A stretch of DNA of 64,000 nucleotides from Capsulimonadaceae bacterium (GTDB lineage Bacteria > Armatimonadota > Armatimonadia > Armatimonadales > Capsulimonadaceae), in the NCBI GenBank assembly GCA_965215505.1, contig OZ244065.1, positions 4,288,001-4,352,000 on the forward strand, given 5' to 3'. The notes beneath the pieces were generated by a model, which was not told the DNA's origin, ran no database searches, and worked only from the letters and a program-made list of their open reading frames with translations. The translations under genes and the position numbers were made by a program. Below are positions 9,670 to 19,700 of the stretch, in pieces; position 1 is the first letter of the stretch, and each line of letters starts with the position of its first letter.

Positions 9670-9782
9670 ACAAAAAAGTGCCCCGCCACTTGCGCGGCGG
9701 GGCGAACTAGAGAAACACGATGACAGAAGCAACTCTGCACTCCTAGTTTCGGCGTCCGGGGGCCGCTCCCGTACCGTCATCT

Positions 9783-10331
9783 TTACGGGGTTTTCGCGGT
9801 GACCGCCGCCACGGCCTCGGCGGGCGTCTCCACCAGCGTCAGATACTCCAGATGCCTCGGCTCGACGGCCAGTGTCGCCGCGCAGGCATCTAGCCACGGC
9901 CCCCAGGTGTCCCGCCCGACCAGGACGAGCGGGCGCGGCGAGAGGATGTTCGTCGTCAGCTTGTTCCAGACCAGGGCCAGCTCCACCACCGTCCCGATGC
10001 CGCCGCGCAGGACAATGAACCCCGCCGAGTCTACAATCAGTGCCTGTAACCGCTGGTAGAAGTCCTGCGTTGGGCGCGTCTCCGTCAGATAGTCATTGAC
10101 GCGCGAGGTGAGCTGCGCCATCGTGACGCCGACCACCGACCCGCCCGCCTCGAACGCACCTTGTGAGGCCGTTGCCATCGTCCCCTGGTAGCCGCCGGTG
10201 CAGACGACGTACCCCGCCCCGGCCAGTAGCCGCCCGACCTCGTGCGCTTCCTCATATTCCCGGTCGCCGGGCCGGCACTGCGACCCGCCGAAGACCGAGA
10301 TCATTTTTCCGTCTGATTTTGCCTGTGTCAT
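9783..10331 (-). CDS. LOG-family (Rossmann-fold nucleotide-binding) protein
   Basis: VFGGS, TGGYQGTM, RGGIGTVVE (variant of PGGxGTxxE). Confidence 0.85.
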   Translation of the reverse strand: MTQAKSDGKMISVFGGSQCRPGDREYEEAHEVGRLLAGAGYVVCTGGYQGTMATASQGAFEAGGSVVGVTMAQLTSRVNDYLTETRPTQDFYQRLQALIVDSAGFIVLRGGIGTVVELALVWNKLTTNILSPRPLVLVGRDTWGPWLDACAATLAVEPRHLEYLTLVETPAEAVAAVTAKTP

Positions 10332-10409
10332 GTCCCGAGTCTACCCGCTTTGACTCCGTGCGCCGGCTGCGGGTATCATAGCCGCACGTTCACCCCCAAA
10401 GGATTTCTC

Positions 10410-12323
10410 ATGCCCGCCCCCAATGACACCATCGTTCCCGGCGACAATCTGACCGTGGAAGGCGTCCCGCCGATCCCCAAGTCGCTCGCCGACGGCCTGC
10501 GCCGCTACACCGAGTTCCGCGCCGCCGCCTTCGCGGACTGGCACCCGGCCCGGCGCGAGATGCTGATCCGCACCCGCTTCGCCGACACGTTGCAGGTGCA
10601 TCAGGTCCTTTTCCCCGGCGGCGACCGGCGGCAGATGACCTTCTTCCCGGACACGGTCGGCGCGGCCTCTTATCAGCCGACGACCGGCGACTGCTTCGTC
10701 TTCAGCAAGGACACCGGCGGCGACGAGTTCTCGCAGAACTACCGCTATGACTTCGAAGACGGCGGCATCACGCGGCTGACCGACGGAGCCTCCAAGAACA
10801 GCCACGGCGTCTGGTGGCCCCGTAATGACACCATGGCCTACACCTCCACCCGGCGCACGGGCCGCGACACGGACCTGTACACCGTCCGCCCCGCCGACCC
10901 CGCGAGCGACCGGATGGTGGCCGCGCTGGAAGGCGGCGGCTGGTTCCCCCTGGACTGGTCCCCGACCGACGAGGCCGGGCTGATCCTGGTCGCCGAGTAC
11001 GTCTCGGTCAACGAGAGCTACCTGTGGCTGATGAGCGCCGAGACGGGCGAGAAGACCCTGCTGACGCCTAAAGGCGGCCCGAAGACGGCCTACGCGAACG
11101 CGAGGTTCGCCGCCGACGGCAAAAGCCTGTACGTCTTGACCGACAAGGACTCGGAGTTCCAGCGCCTGGCCTCGCTCGACATCGCAACCGGCGAATTGGC
11201 AGTTCTGACGCCCGACCTGGGCTGGGGCGTGGAGGCCATGGACGTCTGCGCGGACGGCAGCCGGATCGCCCTCGTCACCAACGAGGACGGCGTCAGCGTC
11301 CTGCGCCTGCTGGACACCCGGACGGGTGGATTGACCGTCCCGCCCGGCATCCCGGTCGGCGTCATCGGCGGCCTGCGCTGGCACCCGAACGGCCAGGACC
11401 TGGCCCTCGCCCTGCTGTCCGCCCGGTCGCCGTCCGACGTCTACTCCCTGAACGCCGATACCGGTGTACTGGACCGCTGGACCCGGAGCGAAACCGGTGG
11501 CCTGAACACGGACCGCTTCTCGGAGCCGGAACTTGTCCGCTGGCCTTCCTTCGACGGCCGCTCCATTTCGGGCTTCCTCTACCGGCCCGCCGCGAAGTTC
11601 ACGGGGAAGCGCCCCGTCAACATCGTCATCCACGGCGGACCCGAGGGGCAGGCGCGGCCCGGCTTCCTGGGCCAGAGCAACTACCACCTGAACGAGCTGG
11701 GCGTCGCCCTCCTGTACCCCAACGTGCGCGGGTCGGACGGCTACGGCAAGACGTTCCTGGACCTGGACAACGGCTTCCTGCGCGAAGGCTCCTACCAGGA
11801 CATCGGCGCATTGCTGGACTGGATCGCGACCCAGCCGGACCTTGACGCCGACCGAGTCATGGTCAGCGGTGGGTCTTACGGCGGCCACATGACGCTGGCC
11901 GTCTCGTACCTCTACAGCGACCGCATCGCCTGCTCCCTCGACATCGTCGGCATGTCCAGCCTGGTTACGTTCCTGGAGAACACGGAAGGCTACCGCCGCG
12001 ACCTGCGGCGCGTGGAATACGGCGACGAGCGCGACCCCGAGATGCGCGCCTTCCTGGAGCGCATCGCGCCCATCGCCCATGTGGAGGACATCCGCAAGCC
12101 GCTCTTCATCGTCCAGGGCAAGAACGACCCGCGTGTCCCCGCCTCCGAAGCCTTGCAGATGGCCGAGACCCTGCGCGGCAACGCCGTCCCCGTCTGGTTC
12201 CTGATGGCCGACGACGAGGGCCACGGGTTCGTCAAGAAGAAAAACGTCGAGTTCCAGTTCTACGCCACCATCCAGTTCATGCAGGCCTATTTGCTGGGTG
12301 GCGATGTGGGTACATCAGAATAA
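10410..12323 (+). CDS. S9-family prolyl oligopeptidase/acylaminoacyl peptidase
   Basis: Beta-propeller followed by HGGPE, GGSYGG nucleophile, NDPRV, EGHGF. Confidence 0.92.
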   Translation: MPAPNDTIVPGDNLTVEGVPPIPKSLADGLRRYTEFRAAAFADWHPARREMLIRTRFADTLQVHQVLFPGGDRRQMTFFPDTVGAASYQPTTGDCFVFSKDTGGDEFSQNYRYDFEDGGITRLTDGASKNSHGVWWPRNDTMAYTSTRRTGRDTDLYTVRPADPASDRMVAALEGGGWFPLDWSPTDEAGLILVAEYVSVNESYLWLMSAETGEKTLLTPKGGPKTAYANARFAADGKSLYVLTDKDSEFQRLASLDIATGELAVLTPDLGWGVEAMDVCADGSRIALVTNEDGVSVLRLLDTRTGGLTVPPGIPVGVIGGLRWHPNGQDLALALLSARSPSDVYSLNADTGVLDRWTRSETGGLNTDRFSEPELVRWPSFDGRSISGFLYRPAAKFTGKRPVNIVIHGGPEGQARPGFLGQSNYHLNELGVALLYPNVRGSDGYGKTFLDLDNGFLREGSYQDIGALLDWIATQPDLDADRVMVSGGSYGGHMTLAVSYLYSDRIACSLDIVGMSSLVTFLENTEGYRRDLRRVEYGDERDPEMRAFLERIAPIAHVEDIRKPLFIVQGKNDPRVPASEALQMAETLRGNAVPVWFLMADDEGHGFVKKKNVEFQFYATIQFMQAYLLGGDVGTSE

Positions 12324-12335
12324 GGGAATACGACT

Positions 12336-12536
12336 ATGGCAAAATACACCTTAGACCTCGGCACGGAGTTCGAGCAGCAACTTAACCAGGTCGCCAAAGA
12401 CAAGTCGCTGCCGAAGGCGGAGATCATCCGCCGGGCGGTGGCGACCTACATTGTCATCAGCCGCGAGGCTGGTCAAGGCGGCAAAGTGACTATCGCGGAC
12501 AGGCAAGGCCACATCCTGAAACAACTCGCGGTGTGA
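12336..12536 (+). CDS. Ribbon-helix-helix (CopG-like) DNA-binding protein
   Basis: 66 aa; YTLDL strand followed by PKAEIIRRAV helix pattern. Confidence 0.7.
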   Translation: MAKYTLDLGTEFEQQLNQVAKDKSLPKAEIIRRAVATYIVISREAGQGGKVTIADRQGHILKQLAV

Positions 12537-12590
12537 AATAAAGGCCCGGCCCTGAAGGCCGGGCTTGACTGCTGGCGGTAAGGAACTACG

Positions 12591-13106
12591 ATGAAGCAGT
12601 TTTGGCAGATGAAGCAGTTTTGGCAGATGATGCTGTCTTTTACTATCCAAGAGCTAGTGCCCATTACAATCCTTGGCCTTCTCCCGTCAACTTTATTATG
12701 GTGCTACTGTCCTGCGCCGGGCAGGATTGTTTTCGTGGTTGAGACGGGCGCTGTCTTGCTGAATGCCTTCTCCTTTGTCGTCATTGGGCGTTTTCTACGG
12801 CGGCAGTGGACCGAGGCATCGCCTTATGTTTACAAGAGCGGCTTCAGCCTGTTGGCAAAGCGATCCTATTCTGGGATAGAAGAAACGGACAGTACGGCCT
12901 TCTCTAAACTATTAGATGCCGTTCGTCACCGCGAAGCGATGGCACCGCTGCGGCCCTGGCTGCTCACCAACGACATCACTTGGTATGTCCTGCTGGCCGC
13001 CTACATGTTTATGCTCATCCCAATGGTGATTGTGGTACTTGTGATGAAAGCCATCTCGCGATTGATGAACAGAACACTCAAAATGCACGGGGCGCATGGC
13101 CGATAA
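12591..13106 (+). CDS. Hypothetical membrane protein (low GC)
   Basis: Three hydrophobic segments; AAGGA before ATG; 18-bp tandem duplication at the start; overlaps the MFS start. Confidence 0.5.
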   Translation: MKQFWQMKQFWQMMLSFTIQELVPITILGLLPSTLLWCYCPAPGRIVFVVETGAVLLNAFSFVVIGRFLRRQWTEASPYVYKSGFSLLAKRSYSGIEETDSTAFSKLLDAVRHREAMAPLRPWLLTNDITWYVLLAAYMFMLIPMVIVVLVMKAISRLMNRTLKMHGAHGR

Positions 13107-14409
13107 CGTACTACAGCCGGGCCACGCCGACGCGCCCCTCTATACGCGCTTCCCCGCCCTGCGCTCCCGCAACTACCGCTTGCTCTGGCTGGGGCAGGGC
13201 GTCTCCGGCGTCGGCTCCACGATGCAGGTGTGGGCGATCAACTGGCAGCTCTACGCCCTGACCCACCACGCGCTGGCACTCGGCCTGATCGGGCTGTTCC
13301 GGGTCGTGCCCATCATCCTGTTCTCGCTCATCGGCGGGACGGTCGCGGACGCCTGGGACCGGCGGAAGGTGATGCTGGCGACGCAGACGACATTGGCCCT
13401 GGTCGCGGCGGCCCTGGGACTGCTGACCGTGACGCACCAGATGACGGCGGCCCACATCTATCTGCTGACCGTCATCGGGGCGGCGGCGATGGCCTTCGAC
13501 AACCCTGCCCGGCAGGCCCTCATCCCCAGCCTCGTGCCGCGCGCGGACTTCGCCAGTGCCATCGCCCTGAACTCCATCGTCTTCCGCACGGCGACCATCG
13601 CCGGCCCGATGGCGGCGGGCCTGCTGATCGCGCGGGGCGGGCTGGGGGACACCTACTGGATCAACGCCGCCTCGTTCCTGGCCGTCATCGCCGCCCTGCT
13701 GCTGATGCGGATGCCGGCGGGGGCGTCCCCGACCGAGGCGGACGCCGGGCCGGAGCCGGAGAAGGCGCGGGTGAGTGTGGAGGCGCTGACGGAGGGCCTG
13801 CGCTTCGTCTGGCAGACGCCGATCCTGGTCTGGACGCTCTCGCTGGACTTCCTGGCGACCTTCTTCTCCTCGGCGAACGCCCTGATGCCCATCTTCGCGC
13901 GGGACATCCTGCACGCCGGGGCGCGGGGCTATGGCGTCCTTGCGGCCGCCGAGGCCGTCGGCGCACTAGGGGCCGGCCTCGTGCTGTCCCTGGGCCGGCC
14001 CATCGTGCGTCAGGGGAAGGTCGTGCTATGGGCGGTCGTCGCCTACGGGCTGGCGACAGTCGTGTTCGGTGCCTCGCGCCTGTTCTGGCTGTCCTGGCTC
14101 GCGCTGGCCGCCGTGGGCGTGGCGGACTCGGTCAGCACGGTCCTGCGGCAGACGATCCGGCAGCTCGTCACGCCGGACCGTCTGCGCGGGCGCATGACGT
14201 CAGTGAACATGATCTTCTTCATGGGCGGGCCGCAGCTCGGCGAGCTGGAGGCGGGCCTGGCGGCCACCTGGCTGGGTTCCCCGTGGTCGGTCATCGTCGG
14301 CGGCCTGGGCTGCCTGCTGACGGTTGCCTTGGTGGCGGCCCGCGCCCCGCTGCTCCGGGGCTACCGAGCGCCGGGGGCCGAACACAAAGAAGCGGGACAG
14401 GCCCCGTAG
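13096..14409 (+). CDS. MFS transporter (EntS/DHA3-like)
   Basis: About 12 TM helices, GGTVADAWDRRKVM motif A, FDNPARQALIPSLV. Confidence 0.9.
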   Translation: MADNVLQPGHADAPLYTRFPALRSRNYRLLWLGQGVSGVGSTMQVWAINWQLYALTHHALALGLIGLFRVVPIILFSLIGGTVADAWDRRKVMLATQTTLALVAAALGLLTVTHQMTAAHIYLLTVIGAAAMAFDNPARQALIPSLVPRADFASAIALNSIVFRTATIAGPMAAGLLIARGGLGDTYWINAASFLAVIAALLLMRMPAGASPTEADAGPEPEKARVSVEALTEGLRFVWQTPILVWTLSLDFLATFFSSANALMPIFARDILHAGARGYGVLAAAEAVGALGAGLVLSLGRPIVRQGKVVLWAVVAYGLATVVFGASRLFWLSWLALAAVGVADSVSTVLRQTIRQLVTPDRLRGRMTSVNMIFFMGGPQLGELEAGLAATWLGSPWSVIVGGLGCLLTVALVAARAPLLRGYRAPGAEHKEAGQAP

Positions 14410-14428
14410 GACCTGCCCCGCTTTTTTA
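14388..14428. terminator. Bidirectional intrinsic terminator
   Basis: aagcgggacagg...cctgccccgctttttt between the convergent MFS and RRM genes. Confidence 0.6.
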
Positions 14429-14444
14429 CAAGCTAGACTGCGAA

Positions 14445-14813
14445 CTAGTACCGGCTGCTGCCGCCACCGCCGTAGCCACCGCCGCCGCTGCTGCGGCCAC
14501 CACCGCCGCCGCCGTAGCCGCCGCCACCACCGCTGCCGCCGCGGCTGCCGCCGCCACCGCCGCCCTCACGCGGGCGGGACTCGTTGACGACCAGGGCGCG
14601 CCCGTCCACGTTGCGGCCGTTGATGGCCGCGATGGCCTGCTGGGCCTCGTCTTCGCTCGCCATCTCGACGAAGCCGAAGCCGCGGGCCTGGCCGGTGTAG
14701 CGGTCGGTGACCACCTGGGCGCTGGAGACGTTGCCGGCCTCGGAGAACAGGTCATGGAGCTGCTGGTCGGTGGTCTGATAGCTCAGGTTGCCGACGTAAA
14801 GTTTGGTTGCCAT
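14445..14813 (-). CDS. RRM RNA-binding protein with Gly-rich tail
   Basis: RNP2 LYVGNL, RNP1 RGFGFVEM, GGGGY tail; AAGGAG SD. Confidence 0.95.
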   Translation of the reverse strand: MATKLYVGNLSYQTTDQQLHDLFSEAGNVSSAQVVTDRYTGQARGFGFVEMASEDEAQQAIAAINGRNVDGRALVVNESRPREGGGGGGSRGGSGGGGGYGGGGGGRSSGGGGYGGGGSSRY

Positions 14814-14985
14814 CAGTGAATGGCTCCTTTCAGGTGCGAGATTCCCCGCGCGGTGCATGAGGCCATCACTGAAGAAATCGAGGAACACGTCGGAATGGAG
14901 CCGAAGGAGCCGAGGAGATCGCAGAGGAAGGCATCAGACTGATGCGTCAAAGGAAGGTTGCCGGGGGAGACCCGGTTTCAGGAGT

Positions 14986-14994
14986 ATTATACCA
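14986..14994 (-). promoter_or_regulatory. Extended -10 promoter of the RRM gene
   Basis: TG-G-TATAAT on the minus strand about 170 nt upstream of the ATG. Confidence 0.6.
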
Positions 14995-15051
14995 CGAGAA
15001 TGGGATTTCTTGTCACACGCGGAATAAATTATTGCCTAGGAACAAGCCTGA

Positions 15052-15262
15052 CCCGGCCTGAAGGCCGGGCCTACTCGGATGGGCCGCCCGTTTCGGGGCT
15101 TCGGGAAGATGGTAGAGGCGTACCCCTGTGTGCGCCCTCTTTCGATGGGCGCGAGCAGGAGGGGAGGGCGCGGCAAGCAGCGCCCCTACGATGTCCGGAG
15201 GGTGTTGTCCGTAGCCCCGAAGAGGCGGCCCATCCGAGTAGACCGGCGGTTTAACGCCGGGC
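15052..15262. repeat. BIME/REPIN-like element, family B, copy 1 (four GTAG-type REPs)
   Basis: Outer hairpin-CTAC / GTAG-hairpin pair, inverted arms ctactcggatgggccgcc / ggcggcccatccgagtag, inner GTAG (15112) and CTAC (15189) REPs. Confidence 0.8.
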
Positions 15263-15267
15263 CATCC

Positions 15268-16845
15268 CTACCGACGCCGCCGCAGGTACGAGGCGGAGAT
15301 CCGCATCTCCTCGCGGTACTTGACGACGGTCCGGCGGGCGACGGTGAAGCCGCGCTCCTGGAGGGCGTCCACGATGGCCTGATCGTTCAGGGGCAGGCCC
15401 GGCTCTTCCTCGGAGACGAGGGCGGCGATGATGCCCTTCAGGGTGACGGCGTTCTCGAAGAAGATGTCGAAGGAGACGACGTCCTGAGAGGGGAGCTGGA
15501 CGTATTTGTAGAGCAGGGCGCGGCTGACCGTGGACTCGTGCATGCCCACCATCTTCGCCAGCTGTGTGCGGGTCAAGGGGCGCAGGAAGGCGCGCTGGCC
15601 GGTCTCCAAAAAGCCCTGCTGGCACTCGATCACGGCCATCGTGATCTTCTGGATCGTGCGCCGACGCTGCTGCAAGTTCTTCAGGAACATGGTCGCCCGC
15701 TCGACGTAGGCGATGACGTGCTTCTGGTGGTCGGCGGACAGTCGCACCGACCCATCGCGCGCCGGCTCGCCGCTGTGGCGGCTGGCCCGGATGGCGTCAT
15801 ACAGGCCCCGGTAGTAGGGGTTGATCTGCAACGTCGTGTTGTCGAAGCCCAGCACCTCGACCGTGAAGCCGGTGACACCGCGCTTGATAATGACGTCCGG
15901 GCGGATGCCCCGGCTCTGACCGTTCTGGTGGTCCCAGGGCATGCGGAAGCCGGCCGCCGGGTTCGGCTTGAGTTTCTTGGTGATGAACTCCGAGGCGGCC
16001 TCGACCCGTTTGACGGGGAGGTTCATCTTGCGGGCGAGGGCCGCGAACCGGCGCTGGACGAAGGCATCCCAGTGGTGTGTGAGCAAGGCCAGGGCGACCG
16101 GGTCGAACGAGCGGTCGTCGCCCTCCTCGCGCAGATGGCGCATCTGGAGCAGGAGGCACTCGCGCAGGTCGCGCGCGCCGACACCCGGCGGGTCGCAGGC
16201 CTGGAGCCGCTCGATGCCCTGCGTGATCTGGCTGCACGGGACACGCAGCACGGCGCACGCCTCGTCCACGTTGACCTGGAGCCAGCCGCGCTCATTCAGG
16301 CTGTCCACCAGGTACTCGGCGATCCGGATCTCTTCGGGCGTCCGCGAGGTGGCGCGCAGGTGCATCAGGAGCTGCTCCGCCAGCGAGGTCTGCGTGCGGG
16401 CAAGCATCAGCGGGTCGAACTCGCCCTCGCCCTCGTCCGCGCCCGGCCCGAACTCGTTCTCGGCCCGCGCGGCCAGCCGCTCGTCCTCCGCCGTCTCCTC
16501 GCCCCGCGCGGCCAGCACGGCCAGGCTCTCGGCAAGCGAGGGAGTTGACTCGTCTTCCCGGCCCCGCTCGGAGAGGCTCGCGTCGGAGAGCGGGTGCGAG
16601 TCGCGGCTGAACGGGCAGTGCGCGCAGGACCCGATCCGGCTGCCCGGACACAGGCGGCAGCCGCCCTCGCCCGCCTCCGGGCCGTCGCTCAAGAGTTCCA
16701 GAGCGGGGTTCTCCTGCTGCTCCTGCTCGATGGCCTGCTGTAGTTCCATGGTGGAACATTGGAGCAAGCTGTTGGCCTGAATCAGATGGGGCGCAAGCTT
16801 CTGCACCTGGGCCTGACGCTGTATGTTCTCCTGACGTAACTGCAC
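15268..16845 (-). CDS. rpoN: RNA polymerase sigma-54 factor
   Basis: Gln/Leu-rich region I, DPPGVGARDLRECLLLQ, MHESTVSRA HTH, RpoN box ARRTVVKYRE; GTG start inferred. Confidence 0.93.
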   Translation of the reverse strand: MQLRQENIQRQAQVQKLAPHLIQANSLLQCSTMELQQAIEQEQQENPALELLSDGPEAGEGGCRLCPGSRIGSCAHCPFSRDSHPLSDASLSERGREDESTPSLAESLAVLAARGEETAEDERLAARAENEFGPGADEGEGEFDPLMLARTQTSLAEQLLMHLRATSRTPEEIRIAEYLVDSLNERGWLQVNVDEACAVLRVPCSQITQGIERLQACDPPGVGARDLRECLLLQMRHLREEGDDRSFDPVALALLTHHWDAFVQRRFAALARKMNLPVKRVEAASEFITKKLKPNPAAGFRMPWDHQNGQSRGIRPDVIIKRGVTGFTVEVLGFDNTTLQINPYYRGLYDAIRASRHSGEPARDGSVRLSADHQKHVIAYVERATMFLKNLQQRRRTIQKITMAVIECQQGFLETGQRAFLRPLTRTQLAKMVGMHESTVSRALLYKYVQLPSQDVVSFDIFFENAVTLKGIIAALVSEEEPGLPLNDQAIVDALQERGFTVARRTVVKYREEMRISASYLRRRR

Positions 16846-16929
16846 GATCCGGGTTGCCTCTCGCGGTCTTGTGGCTCGACAGAGTCGCCGCTCTTCTGCC
16901 TCCATTGTCGGCAGAACGGCGGTGCGCGT

Positions 16930-16954
16930 GTAGGGGCGCGATGCGCCGCGCCCT
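16930..16954 (+). repeat. Single GTAG-type REP
   Basis: gtaggggcgcgatgcgccgcgccct hairpin preceded by GTAG. Confidence 0.55.
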
Positions 16955-17093
16955 TCAGGATTCGTCGCTCTGACGAATCCCCCCGCCGGAATGTTCCCGC
17001 AGGCCAGAGGATTCTTTCGTGAGTGTCTTTTACCCGAACGCGCGGCCCAGGTCTGTGACCGGCAGCACACTCGATCAGCCACAACAGTTTCGT

Positions 17094-19463
17094 TTACAGT
17101 TTCGTTTTGAAGTACGCGATGGTGTCCAGGATGCCCACTTCCAGCGGGATGCGCGGCTCCCAGCCCAGCAGGGTGCGCGCCTTGGTGATGTCCGGGCGGC
17201 GCTGCTTGGGGTCGTCCGCCGTCGGCAGCGGGACGTGGATGATCGGGCTGTCGCTGCCCGTCGCCTCCAGGATCACCTGGGCGAACTCGAGCATCGTGCG
17301 CTCCACCGGGTTCCCGACGTTGATCGGCCCGGATTGTTCAGAAACGGACAGCTTGAAGATGCCGTCGATCAGGTCCGAGACGTAGCAAAAGGAGCGCGTC
17401 TGCCGGCCGTCGCCGAAGACCGTCAGCGGCTCCCCCCGGAGCGCCTGGCTGACGAAGGCCGGCACGACGCGGCCATCGTTTATCCGCATGCGGGGTCCGT
17501 AGGTGTTGTGGGCGAACACGCCCGTTCCGGCGACGAAGTTCTCGCACTCCGGCACGGAGAAGTCATAAACGTAGGGCGTCGTCTCCGTCGGCTCGACGGC
17601 GTTCACCCTGGCCCAGACGAGGTCGCCGAAGCGCCCCGCGTTCAATGTCTGTTCAACGCCCGCATCCCAGGTGAGGATGTCGAACGAGGAAAGGCGGCAG
17701 AGCGTGAGACTGTAGAACGGGTACTCCCTCGTGTTGGCCTCGCTCTTGCGGCCCAGGCGGGACTGGTATTTGCCCACCGAGGCGACCAGCCCGAAGCGGA
17801 GCAGGCCGTAGGTCAGGTCCTGCGCCAGCAGGCGGCTGGTCGTCACGAAGTTCAGCTTGCTGCCGACATTCGCGCCGCTGTGCGTACCGTCGCCCTCACG
17901 GTAGCCCTCCAGGAAGTGCTTGAAGCGCGGCAGCGGGAGCTGCATGACCCAGGCCGGGATGCGCTTGCTGGAGGACAGTCCTCCAAGACCAAGTACCTCG
18001 GCCATGAGCCAGCACAGGTGCTTGCCGTGCGTGTAGATGCTGGCCCCGCGCTTGGCCGTGCGGACGGTGGAACCGACGTGGACTCCGAAGGTGTCCCGTA
18101 GGATGCCTGCGGCCCGTTCTAGGGCCGCTTCGTGGGAGCAGAGCGTCAGGAAGTGGATGGACTTGTCGGCGTAGTGGGCGACGATGCCTTCCGCCAGGAA
18201 GAAGCCCAGGAACCAGAGCAGGTCGTCCGTGACCGCCACCTCGCACGGCAGCGAGACTTTGTTGCCGCAGTTGTAGGGGCGGAGCCGGGCACCGGTGGGC
18301 CAGGTCAGCGAGAGCTGCGCCCGGAGGCGGTGCCAGATGAATAGGGGCAGCGTCCCCGCCTGCTCACACTTCCGCAACGCGCAGCCCGCCGAGTTGTGCG
18401 GGGAGGCGCTGCCGTCGAAGCGCCCGCTCTCGCGGAAGATCGTCCAGATCTGGTCGCGGTTGTCGGCGATGATCTGCTTCATCTCCGGCGCGACCAGCAG
18501 GAGTTCCCAGAGCGCGGCCGGCGTGGCGGCGCGGGCGATCCACTCCTCGCCGATGTGTACGGTGGGCCGGTCTTTCTCCACCACGGGCATTTTGCCGGCG
18601 ATGGCCACATGGTCGCCGACCTGGATCTCGCGGACGGGGATCGCTTCGGGCTTCCCCTGCTTGTCACGGCGGAACACGCTGTGGTCGCCGGTCACATGGA
18701 TCTGCCGCCCGTAGCGCGTCCTCAACACGAAGGCGTCTTTCCGGGACGGCGGGTGCTTGATGAGCGCGCTGGCCTCGCGCAAGGCGACGCACCCGGTGGC
18801 CGGGTCGAAGGCCGGCACCCGGAGCGAATGGGGGCGGCGGATCAGCTCATGCTCCATGCGGTCCGAGAACTCCTCGACCGCCGTCAGATGCATCTCGTCC
18901 CCGTCGAAAACGGCAACCGTCTCGTGCGCCAGAATGCTGTTGAAAATCCGTACGATCTTGGCGTCCATCCCGAACTTGCGGCGGTAGGCGAACGTCACCG
19001 CCTCGGCGTAGCGCTTAGCCTCGTCGTAGACGGCGCGGGTGCCGTGCGGGTTGACGTTGCCGAAATACTCCTCCGGCTGCGGGTGGATGGCCGGGTCGCC
19101 GTAGACCTCGGAGGTGGAGGCCATCAGGAACCGCGCGCCCTTGTCCCGCGCCAGATCCAGGGTGTGGTGCGTGCCGACCGAGCCGACCAGCAGCGTCTCC
19201 AGGGGCAGCTCCAGATAGTCCACCGGGCTTGCCGGGGAGGCGAAGTGGTAGACCATGTCCACCGGCCCGTCCACCGTATAGGGCTGGATGATGTCCTGCC
19301 GGACGTACTCGAAGCGCGGATTACCCCGCAGGTGCGCGACGTTCTCCTCGCTGCCCGTGACCAGGTTGTCCACGGCCACCACGTCGTAGCCTTCCGCCAG
19401 GAGGCGGTCGGACAGATGCGATCCTAAAAAGCCGGCACCGCCGGTCACCACTGCACGCGCCAT
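17094..19463 (-). CDS. UDP-glucuronate decarboxylase-like NAD-dependent epimerase/dehydratase containing an intein
   Basis: [35 protein letters not shown] rejoins after intein removal to give about 311 aa. Confidence 0.92.
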   Translation of the reverse strand: MARAVVTGGAGFLGSHLSDRLLAEGYDVVAVDNLVTGSEENVAHLRGNPRFEYVRQDIIQPYTVDGPVDMVYHFASPASPVDYLELPLETLLVGSVGTHHTLDLARDKGARFLMASTSEVYGDPAIHPQPEEYFGNVNPHGTRAVYDEAKRYAEAVTFAYRRKFGMDAKIVRIFNSILAHETVAVFDGDEMHLTAVEEFSDRMEHELIRRPHSLRVPAFDPATGCVALREASALIKHPPSRKDAFVLRTRYGRQIHVTGDHSVFRRDKQGKPEAIPVREIQVGDHVAIAGKMPVVEKDRPTVHIGEEWIARAATPAALWELLLVAPEMKQIIADNRDQIWTIFRESGRFDGSASPHNSAGCALRKCEQAGTLPLFIWHRLRAQLSLTWPTGARLRPYNCGNKVSLPCEVAVTDDLLWFLGFFLAEGIVAHYADKSIHFLTLCSHEAALERAAGILRDTFGVHVGSTVRTAKRGASIYTHGKHLCWLMAEVLGLGGLSSSKRIPAWVMQLPLPRFKHFLEGYREGDGTHSGANVGSKLNFVTTSRLLAQDLTYGLLRFGLVASVGKYQSRLGRKSEANTREYPFYSLTLCRLSSFDILTWDAGVEQTLNAGRFGDLVWARVNAVEPTETTPYVYDFSVPECENFVAGTGVFAHNTYGPRMRINDGRVVPAFVSQALRGEPLTVFGDGRQTRSFCYVSDLIDGIFKLSVSEQSGPINVGNPVERTMLEFAQVILEATGSDSPIIHVPLPTADDPKQRRPDITKARTLLGWEPRIPLEVGILDTIAYFKTKL
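17505..18938 (-). mobile_element. Intein with LAGLIDADG homing endonuclease (478 aa)
   Basis: Starts SILAHET (Ser1), block [18 protein letters not shown] helices FLGFFLAEG and [10 protein letters not shown], block F VYDFSV, ends HN, +1 Thr. Confidence 0.93.
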
Positions 19464-19499
19464 TCTGCCTCCCAATTCCGAGGGGCCTTGCCCCACCCT

Positions 19500-19528
19500 A
19501 TTATAGGGGAGAAACGGGCCGATGTCAA
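19500..19528 (-). promoter_or_regulatory. Consensus sigma70 promoter for the epimerase gene
   Basis: TTGACA-17 nt-TATAAT on the minus strand. Confidence 0.85.
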
Positions 19529-19700
19529 GGAAGAAGGGGTCAAGGGAGCGTTAAATCTGAAACATGCGGCCCGCCCCGGCTGTCTAAGAGCCGTCTGACA
19601 GCCGTGCGAGGCGGGCCGGGCCGCCCCCAGTCTGCTTGCCAAAGACATCGAATCCGTGTTAAACTTCAAAGGCCCCTTACGACGTATGGTAACATATATG

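Noticed and set aside
7024-9897. 957-aa minus-strand ORF (and similar long antisense ORFs at 10341-12224, 25950-27965, 44453-46165, 50401-53976, 58604-60040)
   Set aside because: These are shadow frames of well-supported genes on the opposite strand, expected in high-GC DNA, and contain no recognisable motifs
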